A stretch of DNA of 64,000 nt from Curvularia clavata (Eukaryota). The number at the start of each line of letters is the position of its first letter. Position 1 is the stretch's first letter. A program made the translations under genes and the position numbers. Below the pieces are notes generated by a model, which was given only the letters and a program-made list of their open reading frames with translations, ran no database searches and was not told the origin of the DNA. The stretch is taken from NCBI GenBank assembly GCA_023920165.1, contig CP089274.1, forward strand, positions 2,418,001 to 2,482,000, given 5' to 3'. Shown here piece by piece: positions 62,882-64,000 of the stretch.

Positions 62882-63089
62882 CGCTGGAGCGACATTGACA
62901 CCGTGCATAATGCCGGGCAACCTTCCATTAATGCAAACGCAACGCGAGCCAGATTCCCAGAAGCCCATCGCTGTTCCCGGACCCCCACCACACCGTCGGA
63001 TCACCGCTACTATGATCGCAGAGCCGTTCTCACCCGAAATCGCTGGAGTGACATCACACCGAAAACGATGGTCGGGGACCTTCCATTAA
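62882..63089. repeat. Imperfect ~50-bp direct repeat pair
   Basis: 62882-62931 CGCTGGAGCGACATTGACACCG..ACCTTCCATTAA and 63041-63089 CGCTGGAGTGACAT-CACACCG..ACCTTCCATTAA. Confidence 0.85.
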
Positions 63090-63145
63090 GGTAGAAACCA
63101 CGCTGCTCCAGAATGAGAGGTCGTTGATCGGCAGGTGTGATGTAG

Positions 63146-63581
63146 CTAGGGTACTGAAGAACTTGGTGCGGTGAAGTGAGGCGGAGTAGGATAGAAGTAC
63201 ATGAGAAGAGAAGAGTCTGTATGATGTTAGCACGGCACAATGGATGGCGGGAAGTGACTTACGCATCGCTGCTATCTACAAACGATGTCAATTATTTGAT
63301 AGTTATTCAGTGGCAGAAGATGAGCTTCGAAGCCACGGCAAGCAGCAGAACGCTCGCTTGAGTTAATGTTCAAGGGTGTGTGATGAACCCGAAATGATGC
63401 CAGCCACGGAAGTGCTTGCTAGAATGAGTGCCAGCGACGGTCACTCATACTGCGACTGACTTGTGGTCTTCGGTGGCTGGCAATGGCTGGCTTTTCAAAC
63501 CTGCCGATGGTTAGGAGTAGATACGAGATGCCATGAAGGCGTATACTTGTTGTTTGGCGCCCGCCTGAGCGGGTGCTCCAT
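63146..63581 (-). other. Candidate three-intron spliced transcript (52-aa micro-ORF or ncRNA)
   Basis: Predicted introns 63546-63501 (GTATAC..CTAAC..CAG), 63460-63276 (GTCAGT..TTGAC..TAG) and 63262-63217 (GTAAGT..CTAAC..CAG); TATA-like element near 63766. Confidence 0.45.
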
Positions 63582-63834
63582 CTGAGCCGCATTTGCTTCG
63601 AGTTGACCGACCTTCAAGGCAAGCAAGGTGGGTTCCGACCATGGTGTCTTTGAGAGAAAGTCATGAATAAGGCTGAGAAGCGAAGGGATGTAACAGTAGT
63701 AGAAAAGTGTGAAGTTTGTTGTGTGGCTGGTGGAGGAGAAGTGGGGAGTAGTGGGTAGCAGGTATTATATAGTGAGAGACAGGCGGCGCCAAGCCTGAGG
63801 CCACGTGATACGCGGCCGTTTGCTACCATACTAC

Positions 63835-63888
63835 GTGCCCCATTTTTATGAAGTGAGGATGTTTACTCACTTCATAAAAGCGGGGCGC
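63835..63888. repeat. Inverted repeat with perfect 14-bp arms
   Basis: TTTTATGAAGTGAG (63844-63857), 8-nt loop, CTCACTTCATAAAA (63866-63879); extendable by GTGCCCC/GGGGCGC. Confidence 0.9.
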
Positions 63889-64000
63889 ATTATCGTCAAA
63901 CCAGCGATAAGAGCCTCTAGGATTTTCTGCCCAGTTCTGGTGCTTTCTGTGTGGAATCCAATTGCGCCATGAGGCCACTGGCTTGTGATGTGGTGAGGGT

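Noticed and set aside
63070..63086. GGAAGGTCCCCGACC (minus strand) as RNase MRP/P CR-I
   Set aside because: No matching GGGGCT-type CR-V partner found, and the motif is part of a duplicated element.
63350..63385. ACACCCTTGAAC (minus strand) as an intronic TPP riboswitch
   Set aside because: Lacks the CTGAGA and TGAT..GGATAAT..GCG core elements.
63380..63459. Plus-strand C/D snoRNA (GTGATGA..CTGA)
   Set aside because: The CTGA is the complement of the minus-strand splice donor GTCAGT; no terminal stem or rRNA-complementary guide recognised.
1..64000. CRISPR arrays, tRNAs, intact transposons, telomeric repeats, PKS/NRPS cluster
   Set aside because: None seen by eye: no regularly spaced repeats, no transposase or RT ORFs, no TTAGGG arrays, no backbone enzyme. 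Small RNA genes could be missed without tRNAscan or Rfam.

Overview
Gene-dense chromosomal DNA from a filamentous ascomycete, probably a Dothideomycete (Pleosporales); the taxon is inferred from gene content and an ITS2-like relic. Most genes carry short GT..CTAAC..YAG spliceosomal introns, so the ORF track is fragmented and I rebuilt gene models by hand. About 24 protein-coding genes are supported. Conserved genes: Ypk1/Gad8 kinase (5' part), Ada2, Pho89, Pro1, Atp23, Aurora/Ipl1, Tip41, a PDR ABC transporter and a C2H2 transcription factor. Cell-wall and redox enzymes: PL1 pectate lyase, CE8 pectin methylesterase, GH28 polygalacturonase, GH3 beta-glucosidase and a GMC alcohol-oxidase-like protein. 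There are also two MFS and one EamA transporter and several uncharacterised proteins. The most notable items are: (1) a head-to-head pair of divergent paralogues (5899-8647) with five collinear repeats and an identically placed intron, one fused to a Cys/His plus WHPDRF J-domain-like tail and carrying an apparently mutated 3' splice site; (2) a degenerate ITS2/28S rDNA fragment next to that pair; (3) a decayed GT90/CAP10-like gene; (4) a candidate three-intron micropeptide or ncRNA locus with duplicated ~50-nt motifs near the right end. No CRISPR array, tRNA or intact transposon was seen. All family calls rest on recognised motifs, not database searches.
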